A stretch of 64,000 nt of DNA from positions 2,368,001 through 2,432,000 of the forward strand of contig JASGHJ010000002.1 in the NCBI GenBank assembly GCA_047602405.1, read 5' to 3'. Shown one piece after another: positions 44,287 to 55,203 of the stretch. Numbering within the stretch: the first letter of the stretch is position 1; each line of letters begins with the position of its first letter. Position numbers and translations under genes: made by a program. The stretch is from Anaeromyxobacteraceae bacterium. Its GTDB lineage: Bacteria; Myxococcota; Myxococcia; Myxococcales; Anaeromyxobacteraceae. The notes under the pieces are model-generated. The model was not told where the DNA came from. It did not search any database and saw only the letters and a list, made by a program, of their open reading frames with translations.

Positions 44287-45072
44287 TCAGGGCTTCACGA
44301 AGCGCAGCGCGAACCGATCCCCCGTGCCGCGCCGCTCGGCCGCCGCGCGCGGGGAGGTGTTCCAGTCGCGGGTGTCGTCCTTGTTGCGGAGGAAGTCGCC
44401 CTCGCCCGCGAGCCTGAAGCCCGCGGCGCCGACCTCCTCCTTCACGAGTGCCTCGTCGACGCGGTGGAGCGTCTGCGCGTCGGCGGTGCCGGTGCCCGGG
44501 CGCGCGGAGGAGTCGATGACCACGAACGTGCCGCCCGGCCTGAGCGCCGCGAGGACGGCGCGGTTCATGGCGGCGCGGTCCACCTTCATCCAGACGGTGT
44601 CGTGGTAGAGCGCGTTCATCACGACGAGGTCGAGCCCGGTCGCCTCCGGCGGCAGGGGCGCGTCGAACTCACGGTCGACCCGCACCACCTTCGCGTTCAC
44701 CGGGCGCTCGAGCCGCGCCTTCCAGGCGTCGCCCACGAAGCCGAGGAGCCCGGCCGAGTTCTGGGCGTAGACGACGCCCGTCGGCCCGACGGCGCGCGCG
44801 AGCAGCTCGGTCGTGTACCCGCCGCCCGCGCCCAGCTCGGCGACCTTCATGCCCGGCCGGACCTGCAGGAACGCGAGGGTCGCGGCGGGGTGCCGGCCGG
44901 CGTCGAGCGCACGGTCGGCCTCGGTGCGGTCGGGCGCCGCGACGACGGCGGCGTAGGGGTCGGGTGCCGCGCGGGTGGCCAGGGCGGCCGGCGCGGCGGC
45001 CGGCTTCGAGCCCCCGGCGGCGCAGGCGGAGGCGAGGACGGCGGCGGCGAGCGAGAGCGGTCGGACGTTCAT
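44287..45072 (-). CDS. Lipoprotein-type class I SAM-dependent methyltransferase (COG4798-like)
   Basis: LASA-C lipobox; DR..ADR.LD.GRHP, ELGAGGGY.TELL, YHD, LHRVD, L.N..D, DRF.L.F.KP. Confidence 0.85.
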   Translation of the reverse strand: MNVRPLSLAAAVLASACAAGGSKPAAAPAALATRAAPDPYAAVVAAPDRTEADRALDAGRHPAATLAFLQVRPGMKVAELGAGGGYTTELLARAVGPTGVVYAQNSAGLLGFVGDAWKARLERPVNAKVVRVDREFDAPLPPEATGLDLVVMNALYHDTVWMKVDRAAMNRAVLAALRPGGTFVVIDSSARPGTGTADAQTLHRVDEALVKEEVGAAGFRLAGEGDFLRNKDDTRDWNTSPRAAAERRGTGDRFALRFVKP

Positions 45073-45215
45073 GGAGGGTCTCCTCGGGAGGGTGAACTTC
45101 TTGCGGTGAGGGGAGTCGGCCGCAACCCGCTCGCGCGTCCCGTCGGGGCCGCGGCGTCCCGTGCACCGGTCCGGGCCTCTGACGGGTGTAAGCTCCGGTC
45201 CACTCGGGAGTCCCC

Positions 45216-47528
45216 TTGACCGGTCCCATGGATCGCCGCGACGAACCCTCGATGCGCAGCATCGTGGAGGCGATCCCGCACATGGTGTGGATCGCCGGCC
45301 CGGACGGCGCGAACCTCTACAACAGCCCGAGCCTGCTCGCGTACACCGGCCTGACCGACGCCGACGTGGCGCGGGACGGCTGGACCCGGACGATCCACCC
45401 CGACGACCTCACGGGCGCCGTCGCCTTCTGGCAGGAGCGCGTGGGGACCGGCGGGCCCGGCACCCGGGTGCATCGCATCCGCCGTCAAGACGGCGCGTTC
45501 CGCTGGTGCCAGGTGGCGGCGGCGCCCCTTCGCGGCCCGGACGGCGCCGTGCTCCGCTGGATCGGCACCTGGACCGACGTGCACGACGCGAAGCTCGCGG
45601 AGGAGGCGCTCCGGGCGAGCGAGGCGAAGCTCCGGCTCGCGAAGGACGCCGCGCACATGGGCGCGTGGGAGTGGGACCTCGCCACCGGCGCCCGCACGTT
45701 CTCCGGCCGCTGCCGCGCGCTCTTCGCGCTGCCGGCGGGCGGCGAGGTCGACGAGGCGGAGCTCCTCCCGGCGGTCCACCCGGACGACCGCGTCCGGTAC
45801 GCCGACGCCCTCGCGCGGGCGGTACGCGAGCACGCGCCGGTGCTGATCGAGGTGCGGGTTCCCGGGGCCGGCGCCGAGCCGCGCGTGGTCGAGCTGCGCG
45901 GGCAGGCGTTCTTCCGGCCGGACGGGACTGCCGAGCGCGTGGCCGGCATGGCGCTCGACGTCACCGAGCGCCGCCGCATCGAGGACGCCCTGCGGGCGAG
46001 CGAGCGCGACGCGCGGCGCCGGTCGGCGGAGCTCGAGGCGGTGCTCGACGCCGTCCCCGCCGCGGTCTTCATCACCCGCGACCCGGCCGCGCGGTTCATC
46101 GAGGCGAACGCCGCCGGCCGCGAGCTCATCGCCATCCCGCCGGGCGCGAACGCGTCCTTGGGCGCGCCGGCCGAGGAGCGCCCGGCCTTCGTGGCCCTCA
46201 AGGACGGCGTGCCGCTCACGCTCGACCAGATGCCGATGCAGGCCGCCGCGCGCTTCGGCGTGAGCGTGTCGGGCTTCGAGTACGACGTCCTGCGGCCGGA
46301 CGGGACGGTGCGGCACGTCATCGCGAACGCGCGGCCGATCGTGGACTCCGCCGGCGAGCGGCAGGGCGCGGTCGGGGCGATCGTCGACGTGACGGAGCAG
46401 AAGCAGGCGACCGAGGCGCTCCGCCGCTCCGACCAGCGCAAGAGCGACTTCCTCGCGGTGCTCTCCCACGAGCTGCGCAACCCGCTCGCGCCCATCCGCA
46501 ACGCGGTCTACCTCCTCGAGCGCGCCGAACCCGGGAGCCCGCAGGCCGTCCGGGCGAAGGACGTGATCCGGCGCCAGAGCGATCACCTCGCGAAGCTCGT
46601 CGACGACCTCCTCGACCTCTCCCGCGTCGACCACGGCAAGATCCGCCTCGACCGAAAGCCGATCGACGGCGCCGAGGTGATCCGTCGCGCCGCCGAGGAC
46701 GCCCGCCCCGGCTTCGACGCCCGCGGGGTGGCCCTGCGCGTCTCCGCGCCCGAGGGGCCCGCGATCCTGATCGCCGACCCGGTGCGCCTCGCGCAGATCG
46801 CCGGCAACCTCCTCGGGAACGCGCTCAAGTTCACCCCGCCCGGCGGCGCGGTCGACGTCGAGGTCCGGACCGGGCGCGGGAACCTCGAGCTCGTCGTCCG
46901 CGACACCGGCGTCGGCATCGAGCCCGACCTCCTCGAGCGCGTGTTCGAGCCCTTCGCCCAGGCCGAGCGCGCCCGCTCGACCGGCCACGGCGGCCTCGGG
47001 ATCGGCCTCGCGCTCGTGCGGAGCCTCGCCGTGCTGCACGGGGGCATGGCGGTGGCGCGGGCGCCGGCGTCCGGCCGCGGGGCCGAGCTCGTCGTCACGC
47101 TGCCGCTCGGCGCGGGCAACCCCGCCGAGGCGGCCGCCCCGAGCCCCGCGCCGGGGCAGGGCCTCTCGATCCTGATCGTCGAGGACAACGCCGACGCCGG
47201 CGAGACGCTCGCCGATCTCCTCCGCCTGCAGGGCCACCGGACCCGCCTCGCCGCCGACGGCGGCAGCGCCCTCGTGGAGTTCGGGGCGTCCCGGCCGGAC
47301 GTCCTCATCAGCGACGTCGGCCTGCCCGACATGGACGGGTACGAGGTGATCCGCCGGGTGCGGGCGCTCGAGGGCGGCCGGGCGACCTACGCGGTGGCGC
47401 TCACCGGCTTCGCGCAGCCGGAGGACGTGCGGCGCGCCCGCGAGGCCGGGTTCGACGCCCACCTGGCGAAGCCGCCGCCCCTCGACGACCTCGAGCGCCT
47501 GCTCGCCGACGCCGCGCGGGCGCGCTGA
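45216..47528 (+). CDS. Cytoplasmic hybrid sensor histidine kinase (3x PAS, HisKA, HATPase, REC)
   Basis: HPDD PAS/PAC repeats, [42 protein letters not shown]; no TM; start at 45216 or 45228. Confidence 0.93.
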   Translation: MTGPMDRRDEPSMRSIVEAIPHMVWIAGPDGANLYNSPSLLAYTGLTDADVARDGWTRTIHPDDLTGAVAFWQERVGTGGPGTRVHRIRRQDGAFRWCQVAAAPLRGPDGAVLRWIGTWTDVHDAKLAEEALRASEAKLRLAKDAAHMGAWEWDLATGARTFSGRCRALFALPAGGEVDEAELLPAVHPDDRVRYADALARAVREHAPVLIEVRVPGAGAEPRVVELRGQAFFRPDGTAERVAGMALDVTERRRIEDALRASERDARRRSAELEAVLDAVPAAVFITRDPAARFIEANAAGRELIAIPPGANASLGAPAEERPAFVALKDGVPLTLDQMPMQAAARFGVSVSGFEYDVLRPDGTVRHVIANARPIVDSAGERQGAVGAIVDVTEQKQATEALRRSDQRKSDFLAVLSHELRNPLAPIRNAVYLLERAEPGSPQAVRAKDVIRRQSDHLAKLVDDLLDLSRVDHGKIRLDRKPIDGAEVIRRAAEDARPGFDARGVALRVSAPEGPAILIADPVRLAQIAGNLLGNALKFTPPGGAVDVEVRTGRGNLELVVRDTGVGIEPDLLERVFEPFAQAERARSTGHGGLGIGLALVRSLAVLHGGMAVARAPASGRGAELVVTLPLGAGNPAEAAAPSPAPGQGLSILIVEDNADAGETLADLLRLQGHRTRLAADGGSALVEFGASRPDVLISDVGLPDMDGYEVIRRVRALEGGRATYAVALTGFAQPEDVRRAREAGFDAHLAKPPPLDDLERLLADAARAR

Positions 47529-47643
47529 GGCCGCCGGGGCGTGCGCGCAGCGCACCGGGCACGCGGGGCAGCAAAGGAACGTGCACCCGGCCCGGATCGC
47601 GCTAGGATGCGCCGCTCGAAACGCCTCAACGGAGCCACCCAGG

Positions 47644-49257
47644 ATGCCCGCCCAGACGATGGAACAGCTGGTCTCCCTCTGCAAGCGCAGGGGGTTCATC
47701 TTCCCCGGATCCGCCATCTACGGCGGCCTCCAGGGCACGTACGACTACGGCCCGCTGGGCGTCGAGCTGAAGAACAACCTGAAGCTCGCGTGGTGGCGCG
47801 CGAACGTGTGGGAGCGCGAGGACGTGGAGGGGCTCGACGCGGCCATCCTCATGAACAAGCTGACCTGGAAGTACTCGGGTCACGAGGAGACCTTCGTCGA
47901 CCCGATGGTCGACTGCAAGGCGTGCAAGATGCGCTGGCGCGCCGACCAGATCGCCGGCAAGTGCCCGAACTGCGCCTCCACCGACCTCACCGAGCCGCGC
48001 CCGTTCAACCTGATGTTCAAGACCCAGGTCGGCCCGGTGCCGGACCCGGAGTCCTTCTCGTACCTCCGGCCCGAGACCGCCCAGGGCATCTTCGTCAACT
48101 TCAAGCACGTCCTCGACGCCACGAGCCGCAAGCTCCCCTTCGGCATCGCCCAGATCGGCAAGGCGTTCCGGAACGAGATCACCCCGCGCAACTTCATCTT
48201 CCGGGTGCGCGAGTTCGAGCAGATGGAGATCGAGTTCTTCGTGAAGCCCGGCGAGGACGAGGCCTGGCACAGGCGCTGGGTCGAGGACCGCACGAACTGG
48301 TGGAAGTCGGTCGGGCTCCAGGGCGACAACCTCGTCGCCTACCACCAGAAGCCCGAGGAGCTCGCGCACTACGCGAAGGCCACCGTCGACCTCCTCTACC
48401 GGTTCCCGCACGGCCTCGAGGAGCTCGAGGGCATCGCGAACCGCACCGACTACGACCTCGGCTCGCACTCGAAGGACCAGGGCTCGCTCGGCCTCACCGC
48501 GAAGGCGACCCCGAACGGCCACTCGACCGAGAAGCTCACCTGGTTCGACCCCGACGCGAAGAAGCACGTGGTGCCCTTCGTCATCGAGCCCTCCGGCGGC
48601 GTCGACCGCGGCGTGCTCGCGGTCCTCTCGGAGGCCTACGCCGAGGAGCAGGTGAAGGCGCCGCCGGCGGAGCGGCTCGCCCCCGCGCAGGAGGCCCTCC
48701 AGACCTTCCTGAAGTCGGTCGGCCGCAACGAGAAGCTCGCGAAGGACGTGAAGGACGCCCTCGTCGCCGAGGGCGAGCGCATCCTCCAGGCGCCCGGCGA
48801 GCGGCTCGCCTCGGTCACCGGCCTCCTCTCGATGCCGGGCGCCGAGTCCATCGAGGTCGCGAAGAAGGTCCGCGGCCAGGTCGACCCGCTCGTCGACGAG
48901 TTCTACCGGACGGTGCTGCACTTCACGCCGCGCATCGCGCCCATCAAGGTCGCGGTGCTGCCGCTCAAGAAGAACCAGCCGGAGATCGTCGAGACCGCGA
49001 AGCGGATCCGCCGCGAGCTCCAGGGCGCGGCCGCGATGCGGACCGTCTACGACGACACCGGCGCGATCGGGAAGCTCTACCGGCGGCAGGACGAGATCGG
49101 CACGCCGTTCTGCGTGACGGTCGACTTCGACACCATCGGCCAGGGCAAGGAGCCCGGCCTCGCCGGCACCGTCACCGTCCGCCACCGCGACTCCATGCAG
49201 CAGGAGCGCGTGCCGGTGAAGGAGCTCGAGGGGTACCTGCGGGAGAAGCTCCGGTAG
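47644..49257 (+). CDS. glyQS: Glycine--tRNA ligase, alpha2 homodimeric type
   Basis: [72 protein letters not shown]. Confidence 0.95.
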   Translation: MPAQTMEQLVSLCKRRGFIFPGSAIYGGLQGTYDYGPLGVELKNNLKLAWWRANVWEREDVEGLDAAILMNKLTWKYSGHEETFVDPMVDCKACKMRWRADQIAGKCPNCASTDLTEPRPFNLMFKTQVGPVPDPESFSYLRPETAQGIFVNFKHVLDATSRKLPFGIAQIGKAFRNEITPRNFIFRVREFEQMEIEFFVKPGEDEAWHRRWVEDRTNWWKSVGLQGDNLVAYHQKPEELAHYAKATVDLLYRFPHGLEELEGIANRTDYDLGSHSKDQGSLGLTAKATPNGHSTEKLTWFDPDAKKHVVPFVIEPSGGVDRGVLAVLSEAYAEEQVKAPPAERLAPAQEALQTFLKSVGRNEKLAKDVKDALVAEGERILQAPGERLASVTGLLSMPGAESIEVAKKVRGQVDPLVDEFYRTVLHFTPRIAPIKVAVLPLKKNQPEIVETAKRIRRELQGAAAMRTVYDDTGAIGKLYRRQDEIGTPFCVTVDFDTIGQGKEPGLAGTVTVRHRDSMQQERVPVKELEGYLREKLR

Positions 49258-49260
49258 GCG

Positions 49261-49692
49261 CTACGCGGGCGGCGCGGCCGCCTCGTCCTCCAGGTTCTTC
49301 CACTCGCCGTGGACGACCATCACGGGGCAGCGCGCCGCGCGCACCGTGCTCTCGGCGACCGAGCCGACGAGCGCGTGCGCGCGGCCCGTCCAGCCGTGCG
49401 TGCCCATGATGACGAGATCGATCGCCTGGCCGTTCACCCAGCGGGCGATCGCGCTCTTGGGATGACCACCCGTGTGGGCGGTCGTGACCCGCGGCGCCCC
49501 CGCGGCCTCGGCCAGCCCGCGCATGCGGGACAGCTGACCCTGCAGGGTCGGGTTGGTCCGCTCGTCCACGTGGAGCACGACGAGCTCGGCGTCCATGCGG
49601 CGCGCCATGTCCGCCGCGACGAGCAGGGCCGCGCGGGACTCGGCGGAGAAGTCCACCGGGCAGCACACCCGGGTCCAGGAGATCTCGGTCAT
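49261..49692 (-). CDS. Universal stress protein
   Basis: PVDFS, MGTHG.TG....GSVAE.TVR.A.CPV. Confidence 0.9.
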   Translation of the reverse strand: MTEISWTRVCCPVDFSAESRAALLVAADMARRMDAELVVLHVDERTNPTLQGQLSRMRGLAEAAGAPRVTTAHTGGHPKSAIARWVNGQAIDLVIMGTHGWTGRAHALVGSVAESTVRAARCPVMVVHGEWKNLEDEAAAPPA

Positions 49693-49792
49693 GCCTGGAC
49701 GGTGACCACCGCGGGCCCGGCGGTCACCGGCCCCATCTCGTGCCTGCCGCCGCGGCCGCCCCGGCGGGAGCGGCGTCCGGGCGGCCGTTCGC

Positions 49793-50158
49793 TCAGGCCG
49801 GCGTGGCCCGGCCGTCGTAGGCCTTCTTCGGCACCTGCTCGAAGTCGACGTCCTCGAGGCAGCGCACGTTCACCGCGACGATCGGCGACCCGTCGGGCAT
49901 GGCCCCGCGCGCGAAGGAGCGGACGCCGCAGGTCCTGCAGAAGAGGTGGTGGATCTTCTTCTTCCCGAACTGGTAGTCGGTGAGGTTCCCCTCGCCCGAG
50001 AGGAGCTCGAAGCTCGACGCCGGCGCGAACGCGAGGGCGGTGCCAGTCCGCTGGCAGATGGAGCAGTTGCAGGTCACGGCGCCCTCGAGCTTCATCGCGA
50101 CGCGGTACTTCACGGCGCCGCAGTGGCAGCTGCCCTGGTAGGTGGTGGTGTCGGTCAT
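49793..50158 (-). CDS. GFA (CENP-V) family protein
   Basis: GSCHCGAV, CNCSIC, FC.TCG, VNVRCL. Confidence 0.92.
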   Translation of the reverse strand: MTDTTTYQGSCHCGAVKYRVAMKLEGAVTCNCSICQRTGTALAFAPASSFELLSGEGNLTDYQFGKKKIHHLFCRTCGVRSFARGAMPDGSPIVAVNVRCLEDVDFEQVPKKAYDGRATPA

Positions 50159-50169
50159 GGCCGTCGACT

Positions 50170-50922
50170 CTAGTCGACGTGACCGACGGTCGCAGGAGAT
50201 CCGAGCGCGGCGCGCATCCCGTCCGCCGCGCGCCCCATCGCCTCCCTCCCCCGCTCGAGCGCGAACGGGCCGCTCCGCGGGAGCCCCTCGAGCGCGACGG
50301 CGCGCAGCCCGGGCCGCACGGGGAGCTGGAGCGCGGGGCTGCCGCGGCGCCGCCACGGCGAGCGGGAGGTGAGGTGGTGGTAGAGGATCCGCTCGCCCGG
50401 GCCGGCCCCGTCGAGGCCGGGCCGGTCGAGCACGCCGCCATCGGCGCAGAGCCGCCCGGCGACGCGCACCGGGTGGAAGAGCACCGGCAGCGCGCAGGAG
50501 GCGTGCACCGCCGGCGAGAGCGGCCCGCTCGAGACGACGGCGGTGCGGCGGGCGAGCACGTCGAAGACCGAGACGGCGAGCGGCGTCGGGCAGGCCTCGA
50601 AGGTCGCCACCGGGAGGAGGGCGTCGAGCCGCGCCCGGAAGCGCCGGCCGCGCAGGAGCCCCGGCCCCGGCCACGGGTCCCAGAAGTGCTCCCGGCGCAG
50701 CGCGAGCAGCTCCTCCCGGATCCGCGCCGCCGGCACGCCGGCCGCCCACAGCGAGCCCACGAGCGCGCCCGCGGAGGAGCCCGTCACGCGCGCGGGCCGG
50801 AGCCCCTCCTCCTCGAGCACGGACACCACCCCGGCGTGCGCGAAGAAGCCGAAGAAGCCCGACGAGAGCGCGAGCGTGAAGGGCCCCGCCGAGAGCCAGG
50901 CGCGCAGGGAGGGGTCGCTCAC
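50170..50922 (-). CDS. Patatin-like phospholipase
   Basis: [17 protein letters not shown] nucleophile, ASCA.P, DGG; GTGA overlap with SDR. Confidence 0.85.
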   Translation of the reverse strand: MSDPSLRAWLSAGPFTLALSSGFFGFFAHAGVVSVLEEEGLRPARVTGSSAGALVGSLWAAGVPAARIREELLALRREHFWDPWPGPGLLRGRRFRARLDALLPVATFEACPTPLAVSVFDVLARRTAVVSSGPLSPAVHASCALPVLFHPVRVAGRLCADGGVLDRPGLDGAGPGERILYHHLTSRSPWRRRGSPALQLPVRPGLRAVALEGLPRSGPFALERGREAMGRAADGMRAALGSPATVGHVD

Positions 50923-51758
50923 GCGGCCTTCGCGGGAGCGAGCCCGAGCAGCCGCTCGGAGGCGTCCCACAGCAGGCCCGCGAGGGTGGGCGTGACCTGC
51001 CCGTTCACCCGCCCCGGCCGTCGGTTCACGTAGAAGCCGCCCGCCTCGAGCGCCCGCCCGGGCGTCGCCGTCGCGAGCCACACGAGCGTGTCGGCGCCCT
51101 GCTCCGGCGTCCGGAGGAACGGCTTCGTGAGGAGGCTGCCGTAGAACCAGCGCATGAGGGCGCTGCCCTCGCGCGCGAAGCCGGAGGCCACCACGCCCGG
51201 ATGGAACGAGACGCCGGTGACCCCCGGATAACGCCGCCCGAGCTCCATCGCGTGGAGGATGTTCATGCGCTTCGCCGCGCCGTACGCCGCCATGGGCGAG
51301 TACGCCGTGGCGTTCTCGAGGTCGCCGAGGTCCACCTTCCCCCAGTGGTGCGCCATGCTGGAGGTGTTCACGACGAGCGCGCGGCAGGCCTCGAGCCGCT
51401 TGCGGAGGAGCGCGGTGAGGAGGAAGCCCGCGAGGTGGTTCACCTGGAAGGTCTGCTCGTGGCCGTCCTCGGTGAGCCGGCGCTCCTCGACGATCCCGCC
51501 GACGTTGTTCACGAGCACGTCGACGCGGGGGTGGCGGGCGAGGAGCTCGCCCGCGAAGGTCCGCACCGAGGCGAGCCGCCCGAAGTCGACGCCGAAGGCC
51601 TCGGCGCCGATCTCGGCCGCGAGCGCGGCGGTGGCCCGCGAGCGGCCCGTGATGACGACGGTGGCGCCGAGGCCGCGGAACGCCCGCGCGGCGGCGGCGC
51701 CCACGCCGGAGCTGCCGCCCGTGACGACGATGATCTTGCCGGAGAGGTCCTGGCCCAT
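50919..51758 (-). CDS. SDR family oxidoreductase (retinol dehydrogenase-like)
   Basis: [27 protein letters not shown]. Confidence 0.92.
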   Translation of the reverse strand: MGQDLSGKIIVVTGGSSGVGAAAARAFRGLGATVVITGRSRATAALAAEIGAEAFGVDFGRLASVRTFAGELLARHPRVDVLVNNVGGIVEERRLTEDGHEQTFQVNHLAGFLLTALLRKRLEACRALVVNTSSMAHHWGKVDLGDLENATAYSPMAAYGAAKRMNILHAMELGRRYPGVTGVSFHPGVVASGFAREGSALMRWFYGSLLTKPFLRTPEQGADTLVWLATATPGRALEAGGFYVNRRPGRVNGQVTPTLAGLLWDASERLLGLAPAKAA

Positions 51759-51770
51759 GGGGTCCTTCGC

Positions 51771-53186
51771 TCATAGCGCAACCGCGGCGGCCGCGCGACC
51801 TCCGCTCGCGCTCGAGGACCACTCCGGGTTCGCGCGGTGCATCTCCGCGAGCACGCCCACCATGCGGTCCATCACCCGCTCCGGGGGCGTGGCGCCTGCG
51901 AGCGCCTCGTAGACGCCGGCCGCGACGGCGTGCGCGGCGTAGGCCCCGGCCGGCGCGACCGGCGCGCCGCCCGGGCCGCCGCGAAGCTCCTCCCGGAGCG
52001 AGGCGACGACCGCCTCGTCGCGGTCGCTCCAGTCCTGGATGTCGCCGAGCGCCCTCCCCTCGAGCGCCTTCATCGGCGTCCGCACGATGGCGCGGGCCAC
52101 CGCCGCCGCGGAGGCCTTCGCCGCCTCGGCGCCGATCGGCGTCCCCGCGAGCCGGATCCGCCCGAGGTCCCGGTCCACCTCCGCGGTCAGCCGATCGGCC
52201 CACCTGCCGGCACCCTGGAAGGAGAGGAGCCGCACCGTCTCGGCGACGAGGTAGCCGCGGACGAGGTCGGCGGGGTGCGGGTCGTCCGCGTCGCCGACGT
52301 TCCTGAGGTGGGGCCGGCCGGCCCAGGCGCCGTTGAGCCCGCGGAAGTAGCCGATGACCCCGGCCGCGGCGGCCGGCCCCATGTTCAGCACGCCGAGCAC
52401 GTCGGACGCGGTCTCGTCGATCCGGTCCGCCCAGTAGCCCGCGACCTCGGCCGGCAGCCCGGCGCCGGTCACCCCGCGCCGCACCGCGCGCGCGAGCTCC
52501 GGCTGCAGCCCGCGGTCGGCCTCGAGCACGTCGTGCCCGGCGGTCTCGTGCGCGAGCGCCGCCCACGCGAGGATCCCGGAGGTCGCGTTCGCCGCGGGGA
52601 GGCTCACGACCGCCGCGCCCGCGCCCAGCCGGCCCGTCTCCTTGGCGGTCCAGGTGTACGGCCCCGACTCCGCGCTGCCCCACCGGACGAGCGGCGGGAG
52701 CACGCCCGCGTCGGGCGGCTTCACGCCGCGGCGCGACTCGGCCGAGAGGAAGCCCGCGTACACGTCGGAGACGACCTCCTCGAAGGCGGCCGTCGGTCGC
52801 GCCTGGTATCCCTCGGCGCGCTGCAGCACCGCCTGGGCCATGTCGAGCAGGAGGCCCGCCTCCCCGGCGCGGTCCGGGTCGGCCGCGAGCAGCCGCGCGA
52901 AGCCGCGCTCGCCGAGGCGGTCGAGCCGCGCGACGAGCGGGTCGACGAACGTGGCCCGGTACGCGGGCGGGAGCGCGGCGCGGGCGGCGGCGAGCCGCGT
53001 CCGCAGCGGCGCGAACCGGGTCGGGTCGGGCGGCCCGTCGGAGCGGACGCGGGCGGCGCGCAGCGCGTCGTCGACGCAGGCGCCGAGCCCGGCGAGGCCG
53101 GCGGGATCCGCGCCGCCGCGCGGCGCGAGGGGGGTGACGGGGTGGAGGGGGACGGCCCGGGCGGTGGCGGTGACGTGGGTGAGCAT
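51771..53186 (-). CDS. Hypothetical protein, possible zincin-like metalloprotease
   Basis: LAHETAGHD, later IDETASD and DPHP; no family recognised. Confidence 0.6.
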   Translation of the reverse strand: MLTHVTATARAVPLHPVTPLAPRGGADPAGLAGLGACVDDALRAARVRSDGPPDPTRFAPLRTRLAAARAALPPAYRATFVDPLVARLDRLGERGFARLLAADPDRAGEAGLLLDMAQAVLQRAEGYQARPTAAFEEVVSDVYAGFLSAESRRGVKPPDAGVLPPLVRWGSAESGPYTWTAKETGRLGAGAAVVSLPAANATSGILAWAALAHETAGHDVLEADRGLQPELARAVRRGVTGAGLPAEVAGYWADRIDETASDVLGVLNMGPAAAAGVIGYFRGLNGAWAGRPHLRNVGDADDPHPADLVRGYLVAETVRLLSFQGAGRWADRLTAEVDRDLGRIRLAGTPIGAEAAKASAAAVARAIVRTPMKALEGRALGDIQDWSDRDEAVVASLREELRGGPGGAPVAPAGAYAAHAVAAGVYEALAGATPPERVMDRMVGVLAEMHRANPEWSSSASGGRAAAAVAL

Positions 53187-53363
53187 GGCCGGGCCGCATT
53201 GCGACGGGCGTGCCGCCCGGCCCGGCGCGGCGACGCCGCGAGATCAAAGGGCTTCTCGCGGGGCGGCGGGCGCGGCCGGGGTCCGCGCGGCGGCCGGTGG
53301 GGTCGCGCGGCGGACCGGACCCGGCGTGCGCCGGCGCGGGCCCCCGCCTAGAATCCCGCCCCC

Positions 53364-53783
53364 ATGTCCTTCGAGGTGGAGACCCGCAACGTCCACGGCC
53401 GCGTCACCTCCGTCGGGAGCGCCGGCGGCCACACCCTCGTGATCGATCGCCCGGCGGCCGCCGGCGGCGGCGGCCTCGGCTTCAACGGAGGCGAGCTGCT
53501 CCACCTCGCGGTGGCCGGCTGCGTCTCGAACGACCTCTTCCGCGAGGCCGCCGCGCTCGGCATCCGGCTCGAGGCGGTCCGCGTCACGGCGAGCGGCGAG
53601 TTCTCGGGCGACCCCGCCGTCTCCGGCGGCGTCACCTACGCCGTCGAGCTGACCGGCGACGCCGACGAGGCCCGGCTGCGCGCGCTCGTCGAGCGCGTGG
53701 ACGCGATCGCCGAGATCCCGAACTCGCTGCGGCGCGGCACGGCGGTGCGGCTGGGGGCTGCGACGGTGCGCCAGGTCCCCTGA
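53364..53783 (+). CDS. OsmC family protein
   Basis: D.P...GG.G.G.N..ELL..A.AGC motif. Confidence 0.8.
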   Translation: MSFEVETRNVHGRVTSVGSAGGHTLVIDRPAAAGGGGLGFNGGELLHLAVAGCVSNDLFREAAALGIRLEAVRVTASGEFSGDPAVSGGVTYAVELTGDADEARLRALVERVDAIAEIPNSLRRGTAVRLGAATVRQVP

Positions 53784-53785
53784 GG

Positions 53786-54121
53786 TCACCTCCGGCGCGG
53801 CCGCTTCGCGCGGGGCTCGAGCAGCGCGACGAGCTCCCCCGCGCTCCTCCGGAGCGCCTCGCCGCCGCCGCGGGCGAGCGCGTCTCGCACGGCGGTCACG
53901 CGCGCGAGCACCTGCACCTGGGTCGCCCGCCAGTCCTTCAGCCCCTCGGTCCGCGCCTCGTGCACCGACGCCACCGCGTCGAGCGCGCCCTTCACCACCT
54001 CGGCGAGGCGCCCGCCGTGCGTCCGCTCGAAGGCCGCGTGCGTGTCGGCGCCCGCGAGCAGCGCGAGATCCTGCACGGCGGCCGCGTAGAGGGAGGCGAA
54101 CTCCCGGGTCTCTTCGCCCAT
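53786..54121 (-). CDS. Hypothetical helical protein
   Basis: ATG at 54121; fills the gap between OsmC and YeiH; host-like codon usage. Confidence 0.5.
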   Translation of the reverse strand: MGEETREFASLYAAAVQDLALLAGADTHAAFERTHGGRLAEVVKGALDAVASVHEARTEGLKDWRATQVQVLARVTAVRDALARGGGEALRRSAGELVALLEPRAKRPRRR

Positions 54122-54173
54122 GCCGGGATGATAGCCCGTCGCGCGGCGCTGTCCCGCCGCACGCCCCTGCGGT

Positions 54174-55151
54174 ATGCACCCGGAGATGGACCTCGCCGGC
54201 CGGACGCTCGGGTGGCGCCACGTGCTCCTCGGCGTGGCGGCGGCCGCCGTGACGCTGGGCGGCGCCTCGTCCGCCGTGGCGCTCGTCGGGGGCGCCGCCC
54301 TGGCGCTCCTCGCCGGCAACCCCGACCCGGGCGCGACCGCCCGCCTCTCGAAGCGGCTCTTGCCGGTCGCGGTCGTGGGGCTCGGCTTCGGCATGGACCT
54401 CGGCGCGGTGGCGCGCGCCGGGGCGTCGGGGGTGGGCTACACCGCGGCGACGCTCGCGGCGGCCTTCGCCCTCGGCGCGGCCCTCACCCGGGTGCTGCGC
54501 GTGCCGGGGCGCACCGGCGTGCTCGTCACGGTCGGCACCGCGATCTGCGGCGGGAGCGCCATCGCGGCCGCCGCGCCGGTCGTGCGGGCCGAGGGGCGCG
54601 AGGTGACGGTCGCGCTCGGCACCGTGTTCCTCCTGAACGGGCTCGCGCTCGTCGTGGGCCCGCCGCTCGGCCACGCGCTCGGCCTCGGCGAGGTGCCGTT
54701 CGGGCTCTGGGCGGCGCTCGCGATCCACGACACGAGCTCGGTCATGGGCGCGGCGTTGCAGTACGGGCCGCGCGCGCTCGAGGTCGCGACCGCGGTGAAG
54801 CTCGCCCGCGCGCTCTGGATCGTGCCGGTCACGCTCGGGCTCGCCGCGCTGGAACGGCGCCGCGCGGACGCCGGGCCGCGGTCCGGCCGCCCGCCCGTGC
54901 CCTGGTTCATCCTCGGCTTCCTGGCCGCGGCCGCGGGCTCGACGTACCTGCCGTCGCTCGCGCCCGCATGGGGCGCGCTCTCCTGGGTCGCCCGCCGCCT
55001 GCTCGTCCTCACCCTCTTCCTCGTGGGCGCGAACCTCTCCCGGCGCGCGCTGCGCGAGACGGGGCCCCGGCCGCTCGCGCTCGGGCTCGTGCTCTGGCTC
55101 GCGATGGGCCTCGTCACGCTCCTCGCGGTGCGGGCCGGCTGGATCGCGTAG
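54174..55151 (+). CDS. YeiH/UPF0324 family membrane protein (putative sulfate exporter family)
   Basis: GTAICGGSAIAA, FGLW..LAIHDTSSV, A..VKL.RAL.I.P, PWFI.GF. Confidence 0.9.
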   Translation: MHPEMDLAGRTLGWRHVLLGVAAAAVTLGGASSAVALVGGAALALLAGNPDPGATARLSKRLLPVAVVGLGFGMDLGAVARAGASGVGYTAATLAAAFALGAALTRVLRVPGRTGVLVTVGTAICGGSAIAAAAPVVRAEGREVTVALGTVFLLNGLALVVGPPLGHALGLGEVPFGLWAALAIHDTSSVMGAALQYGPRALEVATAVKLARALWIVPVTLGLAALERRRADAGPRSGRPPVPWFILGFLAAAAGSTYLPSLAPAWGALSWVARRLLVLTLFLVGANLSRRALRETGPRPLALGLVLWLAMGLVTLLAVRAGWIA

Positions 55152-55203
55152 CGATCCCCCGGGCGCCGGACCCGTGCTAGCGTCCGGGCCCCAAGGAGAA
55201 CCC

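Noticed and set aside
43901..44608. ORFs across the foldback region (43901-44608, 44040-44417, 43942-44178, 43472-43702)
   Set aside because: No RBS, atypical codon usage and no motifs; sequence constraint is better explained by base pairing
47644..49257. Functional link between GlyRS and the Gly-specific NRPS
   Set aside because: 10 kb apart with unrelated genes between; the NRPS has its own A domain
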